Assembly: GCA_016933055.1 (NCBI GenBank)
Contig: JAFGBS010000009.1
Span: 90,001 to 122,000 of the forward strand
Source of the DNA: Promethearchaeota archaeon
GTDB taxonomy: Archaea > Asgardarchaeota > Lokiarchaeia > Sigyniarchaeales > Promethearchaeaceae
Direction of reading: 5' to 3'
DNA length: 32,000 bases
Position 1 is the first letter of the stretch, and each line of letters starts with the position of its first letter. The notes under the pieces are model-generated. The model saw nothing but the letters and a program-made list of their open reading frames with translations, did not search any database and had not been told where the DNA came from. Made by a program: the position numbers and the translations under genes. Positions 1 through 8,248 of this stretch are shown in pieces.

Positions 1-1
1 T

Positions 2-424
2 CTAAATTTCACTGAAACAAATATTTCAATTACAGAAATGGCTTACATTCTAAACTTGGGATACATGAATTGGTTTCCTGGTTTTATGATTCCTAATGAT
101 TGGGAAGAAAATGGAGCCTTTGCTCTAGCACAGAGGAATGTGTTTAGTATATTATGTGAAGTGACTATTACAAACAATACAAATTCAGTCGTGTACGATT
201 TTAAACAACAAACAGGTACGATCTTGCAGAATACAACGTTGGAATACGATCTAACCAGCGGTGCTTTAGTGAGAGCCTATACGGAATTTGGGAATTATTG
301 GTGCGAAATTGCATTACAAAACTTTCAGATTCCTGGTTTTTCGCTATCCTTATTGAGTGTAATAGCCATGTTTACAATTATTGGAATATCCTTATTTGTC
401 AGAAAAAATCACTATAAAAAATAA
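2..424 (+). CDS. 3' end of a surface protein with a Loki-CTERM-like membrane sorting tail (truncated at the window start)
   Basis: The frame is open from nt 2. It ends IPGFSLSLLSVIAMFTIIGISLFVRKNHYKK (IPG[FY] + TM helix + basic tail) and carries N-x-T sequons. Confidence 0.75.
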   Translation, partial: LNFTETNISITEMAYILNLGYMNWFPGFMIPNDWEENGAFALAQRNVFSILCEVTITNNTNSVVYDFKQQTGTILQNTTLEYDLTSGALVRAYTEFGNYWCEIALQNFQIPGFSLSLLSVIAMFTIIGISLFVRKNHYKK

Positions 425-437
425 TACTGGAACTAGA

Positions 438-914
438 ATGGACAGAAAAAAACTTCTCTACATCATTATTTCTCTTTCTTTGGTAATAGGAATTGTCATT
501 ACTATGAACATTGTGTATTTTGGAACAGATTGGTTTCAATCTGGGGGTAATAATCATTCCGATTACACGTGGGCCTCTGATGAGCATCGTCTAACTTTTC
601 CCGAAACCATTTTCAATATTACTCTAGAAGTTTATTATGGTGAAGCAAATGGAACTATTGAAACTTATCAAAATATTGCCTTAAATGATCACTATACTAC
701 GATTTTTGATATATTGAATGCTTGTTGCGAAGTAGAATATGAGATTTTTTGGTGGACCCATCCTACTTTTTTCATAACCTCGATAAACGATGTTCAAGAA
801 AGCGATGTAGGACAACATTGGTGGCAATTTGAAGTCAATGGAACATATATCCCTGCAGGAGCTAATGCATATTCTCCTGGAAATCACTCCCATATCCGAT
901 GGTATTTAACATAA
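438..914 (+). CDS. Membrane-anchored DUF4430 (transcobalamin C-terminal-like) domain protein
   Basis: N-terminal TM helix after MDRKK, then TTIFDIL...FFITSINDV...WWQFEVNG...GA typical of DUF4430. ATG 438 is preferred over 381, which overlaps the upstream gene. Confidence 0.75.
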   Translation: MDRKKLLYIIISLSLVIGIVITMNIVYFGTDWFQSGGNNHSDYTWASDEHRLTFPETIFNITLEVYYGEANGTIETYQNIALNDHYTTIFDILNACCEVEYEIFWWTHPTFFITSINDVQESDVGQHWWQFEVNGTYIPAGANAYSPGNHSHIRWYLT

Positions 915-1040
915 ATTCATTACCCTAAATTATAGGAATATCTCATTTCTTCATCTACAAAATCTTTTTACCGGGAAGTTCTATGGTATACTATAGTTAT
1001 CATAATAGTGTGAATACTTGTGGAACTTAAAGAAGTAGAT

Positions 1041-1451
1041 ATGGAAAAAGATCTTCAGATAACTCTTATGAAAAAATTGGAACAATTGGAATCGAGCACT
1101 GACCTTGAGGGTACAGCCATTATTACAAAAACAGGGCTCCGAATTGCCAGTTCAAGCCTTGGTAATCCAGAAATCACTGCTGATCTCCACAGTGCAGGAC
1201 CCGCTGCTTTAATATCCTTAGGAGAAAAGTTATCTCAAGGGCTACAATATGGAGAACTAAGAGATATTGTGATAACAGGAGATCAAGGTTACACGATTAT
1301 CACTGTTGGTGGTCCTGGAACTCGATTTATATTACTCACGCATTGTCGTAAAGAGTCCAAGCTAGGCTATTATTTTCACCGTTTACGAAAAGCCTACCGA
1401 GAATTAATGCCGTTATTGGAAAATGTGGGCATTAGTTCTGCCCAATTTTAA
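1041..1451 (+). CDS. Roadblock/LC7 (MglB-like) domain protein
   Basis: EGTAIITKTGLRIASS...SAGPAALISLGEKLSQGLQYGELRDIVITGDQGY pattern, about 136 aa. A GTG at 1020 is an alternative start. Confidence 0.85.
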   Translation: MEKDLQITLMKKLEQLESSTDLEGTAIITKTGLRIASSSLGNPEITADLHSAGPAALISLGEKLSQGLQYGELRDIVITGDQGYTIITVGGPGTRFILLTHCRKESKLGYYFHRLRKAYRELMPLLENVGISSAQF

Positions 1452-2935
1452 TTATAAGATGCATTCTTGTTAATTTGAATGGACCGAAGAATTCTTAATT
1501 GTACTTTGTCTTCTTTTTCACAGGCTAGATCTCTAGGTTTTTCGGCTATTACTACTCCTTTTCCTCCAAATAATCCGAGTATTCTACCATAAGGAGCTTC
1601 TAATTTCTTATTCAGTAAGGTTTGTGCGCCCTCTTTGGACTGTGCAAGATTTTCTATCAGTATTGTAGTATCCGAATAATTGGGATTTTTTATTTTTCCA
1701 TGTTTTATTTTTTCCGTAAATACTTCAGGATTGGGTTTAATCGGCACTTTTGCTTCTATCTTTGCCGATCCAAAGAAACGAAGAGTTGAAGGTGGTAAGT
1801 CTAATTGAGAAAGAATCAAAATTTCATCTAATAATACATATTGTGGTTGTAAAAACCATAGATATGCTCCATATGACACATGTTTTTTGCGCCAATTAAT
1901 TAATATATTGGGAGAAACTTCATTTGAATACATTCTGGTTTCAGGATCAGCATAATAAAATGGGAAGAAACGGGCGTTTGTTGTGATCAATCCATGTGTA
2001 ACATTAATTTGGCTACCAAATTTTATAGTTTTTTGAAAATGAGGGCTTAATTCATAGTTTATCTCGGCAATTTCGATTTTTTTAAACATATCGGGATTAT
2101 TGGTCAATATGTCCCCTCTTTGGAGTTGATCCACTTCAACATCACTAATTACCACCCCAGCGCGAAAACCATGGGGCACTTTTTGGACATTTTGATGGTA
2201 TACTTGTGCATTTTTTACTTTTACTTCTTTGAGATGAGGAATGATTGTCAACTTCTCTCCTGCATGTAAACTACTGTGGGTTGTACCTGTAACTATTACT
2301 CCAACTCCCTTCTTATGAAAATGGTGATCTATGGGAAATACTAAGAATTCTGATTGTGGTTGTTTTATGGGATTGTTCTTCACTAGAGTCATAATCTCCT
2401 CTTTTAAATTATCAATTCCAGTTCCTAGTCTAGCGGAGACTCGTATAATTGGGTTATCGGGGCTAAATTTTGTGTTTATTAAGAGCTCTCGCAATTGATG
2501 TTCAATTTCATCTGCAGCATCATGGGATATCGCATCAATTTTATTAATTACAAAAATCACCTTCGTTATATCCAGCATTTCTAGAATAACCATATGTTCT
2601 GCCGTCTGTATTTGAATTCCCTCTTTACCATCAAGAACCACAATGGCTCCGTCAATAATTCGAGCAGATGCAACTACACTGCGTATTAAATCAGCGTGAC
2701 CGGGAGCATCTACTAAAGTAATTAAATAATTTTCTTGGATAAAAGACGTGAAGCCCAAATCGATCGTGATTCCTCTGTCCTTACTTTGTGGATGAGCATC
2801 TAGTCCAGATGTTGAAATTATCTCCGATAACTGTCTTGCAATTGCAGTTTTTCCTGAATCTACATGCCCCAATAATCCCAACAAAAAAGAGCGGAATTGC
2901 GTTATATTTTTAATTTCCGGTTTTTCTTTGACCAT
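1448..2935 (-). CDS. selB: Selenocysteine-specific translation elongation factor, archaeal type (aSelB/eEFSec-like)
   Basis: G1 GHVDSGKT, effector GITIDLGF, G3 DAPGHADLIR, G4 NKID, domain II IDHHF. The short domain IV (LAQSKEGAQTLL...GRILGLFGGKG) has no bacterial winged-helix extension. Confidence 0.92.
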   Translation of the reverse strand: MVKEKPEIKNITQFRSFLLGLLGHVDSGKTAIARQLSEIISTSGLDAHPQSKDRGITIDLGFTSFIQENYLITLVDAPGHADLIRSVVASARIIDGAIVVLDGKEGIQIQTAEHMVILEMLDITKVIFVINKIDAISHDAADEIEHQLRELLINTKFSPDNPIIRVSARLGTGIDNLKEEIMTLVKNNPIKQPQSEFLVFPIDHHFHKKGVGVIVTGTTHSSLHAGEKLTIIPHLKEVKVKNAQVYHQNVQKVPHGFRAGVVISDVEVDQLQRGDILTNNPDMFKKIEIAEINYELSPHFQKTIKFGSQINVTHGLITTNARFFPFYYADPETRMYSNEVSPNILINWRKKHVSYGAYLWFLQPQYVLLDEILILSQLDLPPSTLRFFGSAKIEAKVPIKPNPEVFTEKIKHGKIKNPNYSDTTILIENLAQSKEGAQTLLNKKLEAPYGRILGLFGGKGVVIAEKPRDLACEKEDKVQLRILRSIQINKNASYN

Positions 2936-3713
2936 TTTTGCTTCCTCCTTTTTCTAAAATGTTTTTTATATGATTTTTTTTCTCTTTATTAAATGCTTTT
3001 ATTTGTCTGTGCTTTAAGATTTCTTCTATCTCTTCCATGGAATAGCGGGAATGGGGTAAATGGGATGGATTATAATGGTGAATCTTTTTTAAATAATCCA
3101 CAAGGATATGAGCTGTGGCACCCCAGATTGTATATCGTTTTGAATGGACCGTGTAATCAAACATAAAAATGGGAAATCTCTTTCCTTCTATTATCATACA
3201 TTGCTCCCGAAAGGATGTTGGGTTGAGAAAAAAATCAATCGGGATAGGAAAAATCTGTTCTACTTCCACTTCATTCCGAGTGAATTTTGGATTAGGGATA
3301 TCCAATTTTCCCACCACAGGAGTGATAATATATCCCGTCATAGTAGGAACATCATCCAGTTGCCCCAATATTTCGATACTTTCTTTATTAATTCCAATCT
3401 CTTCTTCACATTCTCGTAAAGCTGTTTCTATAATATTGAAATCTGTAGTGGGATCATATCGTCCGCCAGGAAATGATATCTCTCCACTATGATGCTTCAT
3501 ATTCCGGGTTCTTTCGGTTAATATAAGAGTATACGAATTGGAATGATTATATAAGAGAATCAAGACTGCAGAATGCTTCAATATCGTACTTTTTAGACGT
3601 TTTGGAGCGCCTTCTCCGAGGATTTGTTTAATGTTATAGAAGTCATTTTCCCTTGGGATCATTACAGTTGGAGTATATACCTTACTGATTTTGTATTCTT
3701 CGCTTTTTTCCAA
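2910..3713 (-). CDS. NUDIX hydrolase, CoA pyrophosphatase type (NUDT7/NUDT8/NudL-like)
   Basis: LILTERT..MKHHSGEISFPGG motif plus Nudix box GG.......ALRECEEEIG, TGYIITPVVG and IWGATA. The start is TTG 3713 or ATG 3662. Overlaps selB by 26 nt. Confidence 0.9.
   Translation of the reverse strand: MEKSEEYKISKVYTPTVMIPRENDFYNIKQILGEGAPKRLKSTILKHSAVLILLYNHSNSYTLILTERTRNMKHHSGEISFPGGRYDPTTDFNIIETALRECEEEIGINKESIEILGQLDDVPTMTGYIITPVVGKLDIPNPKFTRNEVEVEQIFPIPIDFFLNPTSFREQCMIIEGKRFPIFMFDYTVHSKRYTIWGATAHILVDYLKKIHHYNPSHLPHSRYSMEEIEEILKHRQIKAFNKEKKNHIKNILEKGGSKNGQRKTGN
2944..2948 (-). promoter_or_regulatory. Shine-Dalgarno for selB, inside the 3' end of the NUDIX gene
   Basis: AAGGAGGAAG on the minus strand, with GGAGG 8 nt before the ATG at 2935. 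Confidence 0.7.
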
Positions 3714-3723
3714 AAATTAAAAT

Positions 3724-3765
3724 TTTATACAATGCTAAGTGGCATAATAACGAGAGCAGTGGTGA
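3724..3765 (+). promoter_or_regulatory. Putative TATA box (TTTATA, 3724-3729) and archaeal Shine-Dalgarno (GGTGA, 3761-3765) for the hidden zinc-finger gene
   Basis: Both motifs are seen directly. GGTGA lies 6 nt before the ATT at 3772. Confidence 0.45.
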
Positions 3766-3771
3766 GTAAAA

Positions 3772-4134
3772 ATTCCCAAGAAGAATCCTAAACACCGTCC
3801 AAAAACGAATGGTTTTTCAATTTCCAGACGTCCCAAAACTATACCGGTTCCAGAAGCGAGTACCAAAAAACCTCTGTCAAAAACTTGTCAGATCAAAGGA
3901 TGTACCGATGAATCCATCCATACTCTATCCATCTCCGAATATGAACCTACAATAAAGAAACTTGGTTTAACCATACGCAAACAAAAAGGATCCCGTCGTT
4001 TTAATATCTGCAAGGATCACTATAAACGGATGAAAAAAGTAAAAAAGAAAGATGAGAAATACGCTCGGCCTTATTTCGAAACGAGTGGACAAAAGTTACC
4101 TAAGAAGGATAAAATTAATCGGTTTCTTGAATAA
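3772..4134 (+). CDS. Unannotated basic C2CH zinc-finger protein (120 aa), non-canonical start
   Basis: Manual translation: IPKKNPKHRPKTNGFSISRRPKTIPVPEASTKKPLSKTCQIKGCTDESIHTLSISEYEPTIKKLGLTIRKQKGSRRFNICKDHYKRMKKVKKKDEKYARPYFETSGQKLPKKDKINRFLE*. The frame is stop-free from 3766 to 4131 and fills an otherwise empty gap. Confidence 0.75.
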   Translation: MPKKNPKHRPKTNGFSISRRPKTIPVPEASTKKPLSKTCQIKGCTDESIHTLSISEYEPTIKKLGLTIRKQKGSRRFNICKDHYKRMKKVKKKDEKYARPYFETSGQKLPKKDKINRFLE

Positions 4135-4160
4135 TCTGATGTTTGTTAATTTTTCTGAAT

Positions 4161-4289
4161 TTATGCCCCGATAATCATTTGTCTATAATATTGGGGGATT
4201 TTTATCAACTGATTTAATGTCAATCCCAATGCTATGAGACTAATTGTAAGTAAAAAAAGGATCAAAGTGGTGATTCTTCGTTCTCGCAT
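4161..4289 (-). CDS. Unannotated 42-aa single-pass membrane protein
   Basis: MRERRITTLILFLLTISLIALGLTLNQLIKIPQYYRQMIIGA*. It has an ATG start, a GTGAT Shine-Dalgarno at 4299-4295 (5-nt spacer), a basic N-terminus and one hydrophobic helix. It lies 39 nt downstream of the co-oriented 4329-5261 gene. Confidence 0.6.
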   Translation of the reverse strand: MRERRITTLILFLLTISLIALGLTLNQLIKIPQYYRQMIIGA

Positions 4290-4328
4290 ATAAAATCACT
4301 TTTGTGTATGCACCGTTTTTTAAAAACG

Positions 4329-5261
4329 TTATTCTCCTGTGTAGTTCGATAACACATCGATTTTTTGCTTGAATTCCTCAATTTGCCTTAGCAGTTCTTC
4401 TTTTTTCTTCTCAAAAGTTTCTTTGTCGATCTCTTTGGTATTAAATCGTCCTTCGAGCAGTTTTTTCTTTACTTCTTCATGATTGATTTCGGATTTTAAT
4501 TTTGAAATCCAATTCCGTACTTGTTTTCGAATTTTCTCCAATTCTTCTTGGGCTTTACGGTATTCAGTTGCGTATTCCCTTTTTAGTTGTTCAAAGATGT
4601 TTTGCTTGATTTTTCCTAATTTGAACTTTCTTTTGAGTTCAGTGAGCTGTGCACGTTTTTCCTCGATGGTAATGAGAAATTCATCCAATTTGAAAGTACC
4701 TAATCGCTCCATTACTTCGTCAATTTGCGACTGCAATTCCCGTTGCACTTCTTTTATAGCCTCAAGACGCATATTCACTTCTTTTGCGAAATCTATATCC
4801 AATTCATAACGTTCGGATTTTGCATCACCAAGTATTTTGTCTAATTTCTCTTTTAATCTGTCCTTTTTCCCGTATAATATAGCCAGTTCCATTTTCATTT
4901 CGAACTGTTCTCGCATTTCGTCTTCCATTTCCAATGTGTCTAAGAGTTCTTCATCTTCCTCAACATCAAATGGAATACTCTCTTTCTTTTTTTGTTTTTC
5001 CTCAGGGGGAGTGAGATCTCCGGAACCAAAGGGAGTAACTTCTTCTTTTACCTCATCTTCTTCTTCTTCTTTCTGCTCCCCTTTTCCTTCCACGCGGGAT
5101 TCTTGGGGGGGAAAAATAATGGATCCCTTTTTTTCGGTTGATTCTTTAATTGTTTTAGTGAAATCGGTTAGAAGAGGTTTTCCACAAAAAATGCAGAATT
5201 TATCTCCTTCACGTACAGACCGTCCACAGTGAGGGCATGTTTTTTCAGACACGGTTAACAC
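4329..5261 (-). CDS. Double zinc-ribbon protein with an acidic linker and a CdvA-like coiled-coil C-terminus
   Basis: CPHCG..VREGDKFCIFCG at the N-terminus, an E-rich low-complexity linker, then a long coiled coil with two G/E-x-I...FE..K..[LY] motifs. The start is GTG 5261 or 5252. The CdvA-like call is a recalled resemblance. Confidence 0.65.
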   Translation of the reverse strand: MLTVSEKTCPHCGRSVREGDKFCIFCGKPLLTDFTKTIKESTEKKGSIIFPPQESRVEGKGEQKEEEEDEVKEEVTPFGSGDLTPPEEKQKKKESIPFDVEEDEELLDTLEMEDEMREQFEMKMELAILYGKKDRLKEKLDKILGDAKSERYELDIDFAKEVNMRLEAIKEVQRELQSQIDEVMERLGTFKLDEFLITIEEKRAQLTELKRKFKLGKIKQNIFEQLKREYATEYRKAQEELEKIRKQVRNWISKLKSEINHEEVKKKLLEGRFNTKEIDKETFEKKKEELLRQIEEFKQKIDVLSNYTGE

Positions 5262-5338
5262 TCTGTGTTTTTTCGTATACTTCTCATATACTCTTAGTGA
5301 ATTAAAAAATTGGTGCAGTCAGGTATTATCAAAATTTG

Positions 5339-8104
5339 TTAGTATTCAAGAACTCGTTTTTGCATCGTCAATTCCATTGCTTCTTGGATTGCATCATCAT
5401 ATAAATCAATCGAATATTTCTTGTGAAGAGGAGATTTCAAAACCACCGCCCCTAAATATACAGCCCAATATAATGATCTAGCTAAAAATCGCACTCCTCG
5501 GGTGACCATTTTTGTACCCTTATCAAATTCCTTTAAACTGTTATCATCAAACGCCCCAAACAATCCCAAAAACACATAATATAAAGGTTGGAATATAAAG
5601 AATCCGATAGTAAATAACAAAATCGTCGTAATCATGGTTCCTTGATCCACCAATGCAATAATACCAATGAATACTAAATAATTCGCTCCCGCTGCCATCA
5701 TGGGTGATATCCAAGATTTCCACCAATAACGTTTTGGATTTATTTTCATTTTCCGACGAATTATTAAATAGGAGACCAAATCCTTGAGGAGTAATGCCGG
5801 ATTATAAGCCCATAATACTGCTTCCATCCTCTGCATAATCGGGATTAGAATTACTAATAGTATTAACCGTACAGTTTGTTCAAGCAACCACATCCACGTA
5901 TTATACTTTACTGTTTTGTCATTATGCTGAAATACGGTATCCGCCAACCAACTGGGGGGTCCCAGCAATCCGTGTAACCACAATCCCGGAAAAAATAAAA
6001 TAGCTCTTTCCCACGTCGCTCCAGAGAATGTGAGGATTACTAGGGGGCCAACAGCCCATAAGAATCCTCCGAGATAGAATACTAAGAAATTTCCCCATCT
6101 TTGAGCTTGAACGAATATATAGTCTCTCAATTTATTTTTCTTGTTACCTGCTGCTTCACTTAAGCTTGGTAAACATCCACTGAAAAAAAGACCAATTAAC
6201 GAAAAGATTGAAGTGAGACCCATGGTTAATTCAAAATAAGCAATTTCACTAGAATAATCCGATACGTATTTAGAGACAAGAAAAGTCTGTATGGTCCATA
6301 CTAATGGGACCAATACGTTACCTATTACAAGAATTATCCCATATTTCATCACTTGTTTCAATTCATCCCAATGAAAATCAATTCGGAAGAAAATTCGGGA
6401 AATTTTCAAGTCCTTTGAGAAATTTTTCTTAAATAAGGCTATACCAAATATGAACGTGAGGATTTCTGCAGCCCATGACCCAAGCATGTACCCCAAGACT
6501 CCTCCAAACGCCTCCCCAAAGTGTGTATTACGGAAAATCATCCTAAATAATAAGATTCCTCCATACTGGGTAATTAAAATTATAATTAAGTTCCGTAATA
6601 AATCAGAGATCTGATATAGATCTAGTCTCTGAGTCCCTTGGAAAAAAATTTGGATTATAAGCAGAAATCCTGGGAATTGGATCATACTATGAAAAAGAAA
6701 AAACCAAGAAAAATGAGCTAGATTTGTATTTGGGATAATCCATAGAGAAATTACTGAAACAACTGCAAATTGTCCCACCCCGGTTAAAAATTGCCAGAAT
6801 GTAAAAATCTGTAAATAATGTATGGCTTTTTTTGGATTATCAACACGATATTCAGAGAAATATTTTACCACTGAAACTTTTGTACCGAGGTCTAAGACCA
6901 GCCAAATTGCCTCAAAAGTCTTGAGAGTAAACCGATATTGACCCTCTGCCATAGGATACGGCATAATAAATCGTGGAAAAGCGTAAAAAACGATTATGAG
7001 TTGCGGCACTCCTACAAGAACGGTGATAAAGAAGGAGGTAAAAAATCCTGATAATTGCCTATGAAATCCGATCTCTTCCCAATCGGTGATTTCCTCTTTC
7101 TTCAATCTTCTGGGTTTATATTTTCTCTTGCGGACTTTTTCTTTCTTTTGATATTTTTCTTCAAAATTGAATTCTAGCAATGAATCTCGAGTCTGATTTG
7201 ATTGTCTACGGATCTTTAAAACCGTGAGGATAGTCAATAAAACCAAGAGAACCACGATGCTTGTAATTAAGATCTGGGAAAGAGCATGCGGAACGGGACT
7301 GAAATGCCATTGGGCAAAATTTACAATCCTATCCCCTTGATTCAAGACGATCCATGCAAAACTATATGCAAAATAGTTGTAATATGCCCATAGTAATAAT
7401 TGAATATTTTTTTGTCCCTCCATCCAATACGAGATCACCCCAATCCTACCCAAACCTCTATCTTTTATAAAAATTAACGGATCTAGCGATGTAACCGCAC
7501 TATCATCTCTTGCTTTCTTTTCGATCATTACGCTTGCATTAAAACTCGAGATTAATGTTGCCCCAAAGGAAGTATAATGCTGTGCTTCTGGACAGGAATT
7601 CCAATCAATATAGTGTTCAAGTGGATCTGCAGTACGTGTTGGTGTGGATATTGCTAATTCTGTATTTTTTGAGATGTTTCCCACATCATAAAATTCAATG
7701 ATTCCCATAGTAACAAATATATTGGGATTCTCGGTAAGGTTATTTCCACACAGAATTAATAAACCTCCTCCTAGTTCCACAAATTCCCGGAGAACAGATT
7801 GATTAGCTGGACTTAATGGTTGATCCAATATACATACAAGATCATACTCCAACAATAAAGCGGACCCATTTGTGTAGTCAGTAAAATTTGTGATATCAGG
7901 AGCTTGGTGGGTTACCTGAAAAATAGAATCTAATTGAAGAGCTTCTCGAAAAGAATCGTCTCTCCAATCCTCTACATTCTCGCTAACATATAATATTCGA
8001 ATTGAAGATTGTTCTGCCCGTACACCATGCATAGCAAGGAATCCACACATAACCACACATAAAATTAACAAAATAGTTCGTGGGATATGAGATTCTTTTC
8101 GCAT
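5339..8104 (-). CDS. Fusion protein: signal peptide + class I GATase-like ectodomain + MOP-superfamily (Wzx/MurJ/Rft1-like) flippase-type membrane domain
   Basis: Signal peptide ending VRA, then YDLVCILDQPL...LREFVELGGGLLILCG, a TM helix and a basic linker, followed by about 14 hydrophobic segments with DLGTKVSVVKYFSEY. Confidence 0.6.
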   Translation of the reverse strand: MRKESHIPRTILLILCVVMCGFLAMHGVRAEQSSIRILYVSENVEDWRDDSFREALQLDSIFQVTHQAPDITNFTDYTNGSALLLEYDLVCILDQPLSPANQSVLREFVELGGGLLILCGNNLTENPNIFVTMGIIEFYDVGNISKNTELAISTPTRTADPLEHYIDWNSCPEAQHYTSFGATLISSFNASVMIEKKARDDSAVTSLDPLIFIKDRGLGRIGVISYWMEGQKNIQLLLWAYYNYFAYSFAWIVLNQGDRIVNFAQWHFSPVPHALSQILITSIVVLLVLLTILTVLKIRRQSNQTRDSLLEFNFEEKYQKKEKVRKRKYKPRRLKKEEITDWEEIGFHRQLSGFFTSFFITVLVGVPQLIIVFYAFPRFIMPYPMAEGQYRFTLKTFEAIWLVLDLGTKVSVVKYFSEYRVDNPKKAIHYLQIFTFWQFLTGVGQFAVVSVISLWIIPNTNLAHFSWFFLFHSMIQFPGFLLIIQIFFQGTQRLDLYQISDLLRNLIIILITQYGGILLFRMIFRNTHFGEAFGGVLGYMLGSWAAEILTFIFGIALFKKNFSKDLKISRIFFRIDFHWDELKQVMKYGIILVIGNVLVPLVWTIQTFLVSKYVSDYSSEIAYFELTMGLTSIFSLIGLFFSGCLPSLSEAAGNKKNKLRDYIFVQAQRWGNFLVFYLGGFLWAVGPLVILTFSGATWERAILFFPGLWLHGLLGPPSWLADTVFQHNDKTVKYNTWMWLLEQTVRLILLVILIPIMQRMEAVLWAYNPALLLKDLVSYLIIRRKMKINPKRYWWKSWISPMMAAGANYLVFIGIIALVDQGTMITTILLFTIGFFIFQPLYYVFLGLFGAFDDNSLKEFDKGTKMVTRGVRFLARSLYWAVYLGAVVLKSPLHKKYSIDLYDDAIQEAMELTMQKRVLEY

Positions 8105-8125
8105 AGTCTATTTTTTTTGTTCAGC

Positions 8126-8137
8126 TATAAATTTTTT
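8126..8137 (-). promoter_or_regulatory. BRE-TATA promoter (AAAAAA-TTTATA) for the 5339-8104 gene, probably a leaderless transcript
   Basis: TTTATA lies 22-27 nt upstream of the ATG at 8104, with an A-rich BRE immediately upstream. Confidence 0.5.
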
Positions 8138-8248
8138 GAGTTATGTCATTACTTCACTTTACCCATCAAAACAAAATAAGGTGAAAAAAATTTAGGCGAG
8201 AGGGAAAAGAGATTTATGGATTTGCGGATTTAAACTATTGAACCTTAA

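Noticed and set aside
981-996. Near-palindrome CTATGGTATACTATAG upstream of the Roadblock gene
   Set aside because: It is imperfect, AT-rich and single-copy, so compatible with chance.
3748-3765. TGA at 3763 as a Sec codon extending the zinc-finger ORF
   Set aside because: An in-frame TAA at 3748-3750 follows four codons upstream with no start codon in between.
4190-4230. Imperfect hairpin ATTGGGGGATT...AATCCCAAT as a SECIS or terminator
   Set aside because: It lies inside the 42-aa ORF, the inner helix is too short for a eukaryote-like SECIS, and no UGA-containing gene is upstream.
4483-5232. Plus-strand ORFs 4483-4809 and 4837-5232 (Ser/Phe-rich)
   Set aside because: They are antisense shadows of the E/K-rich 4329-5261 gene.
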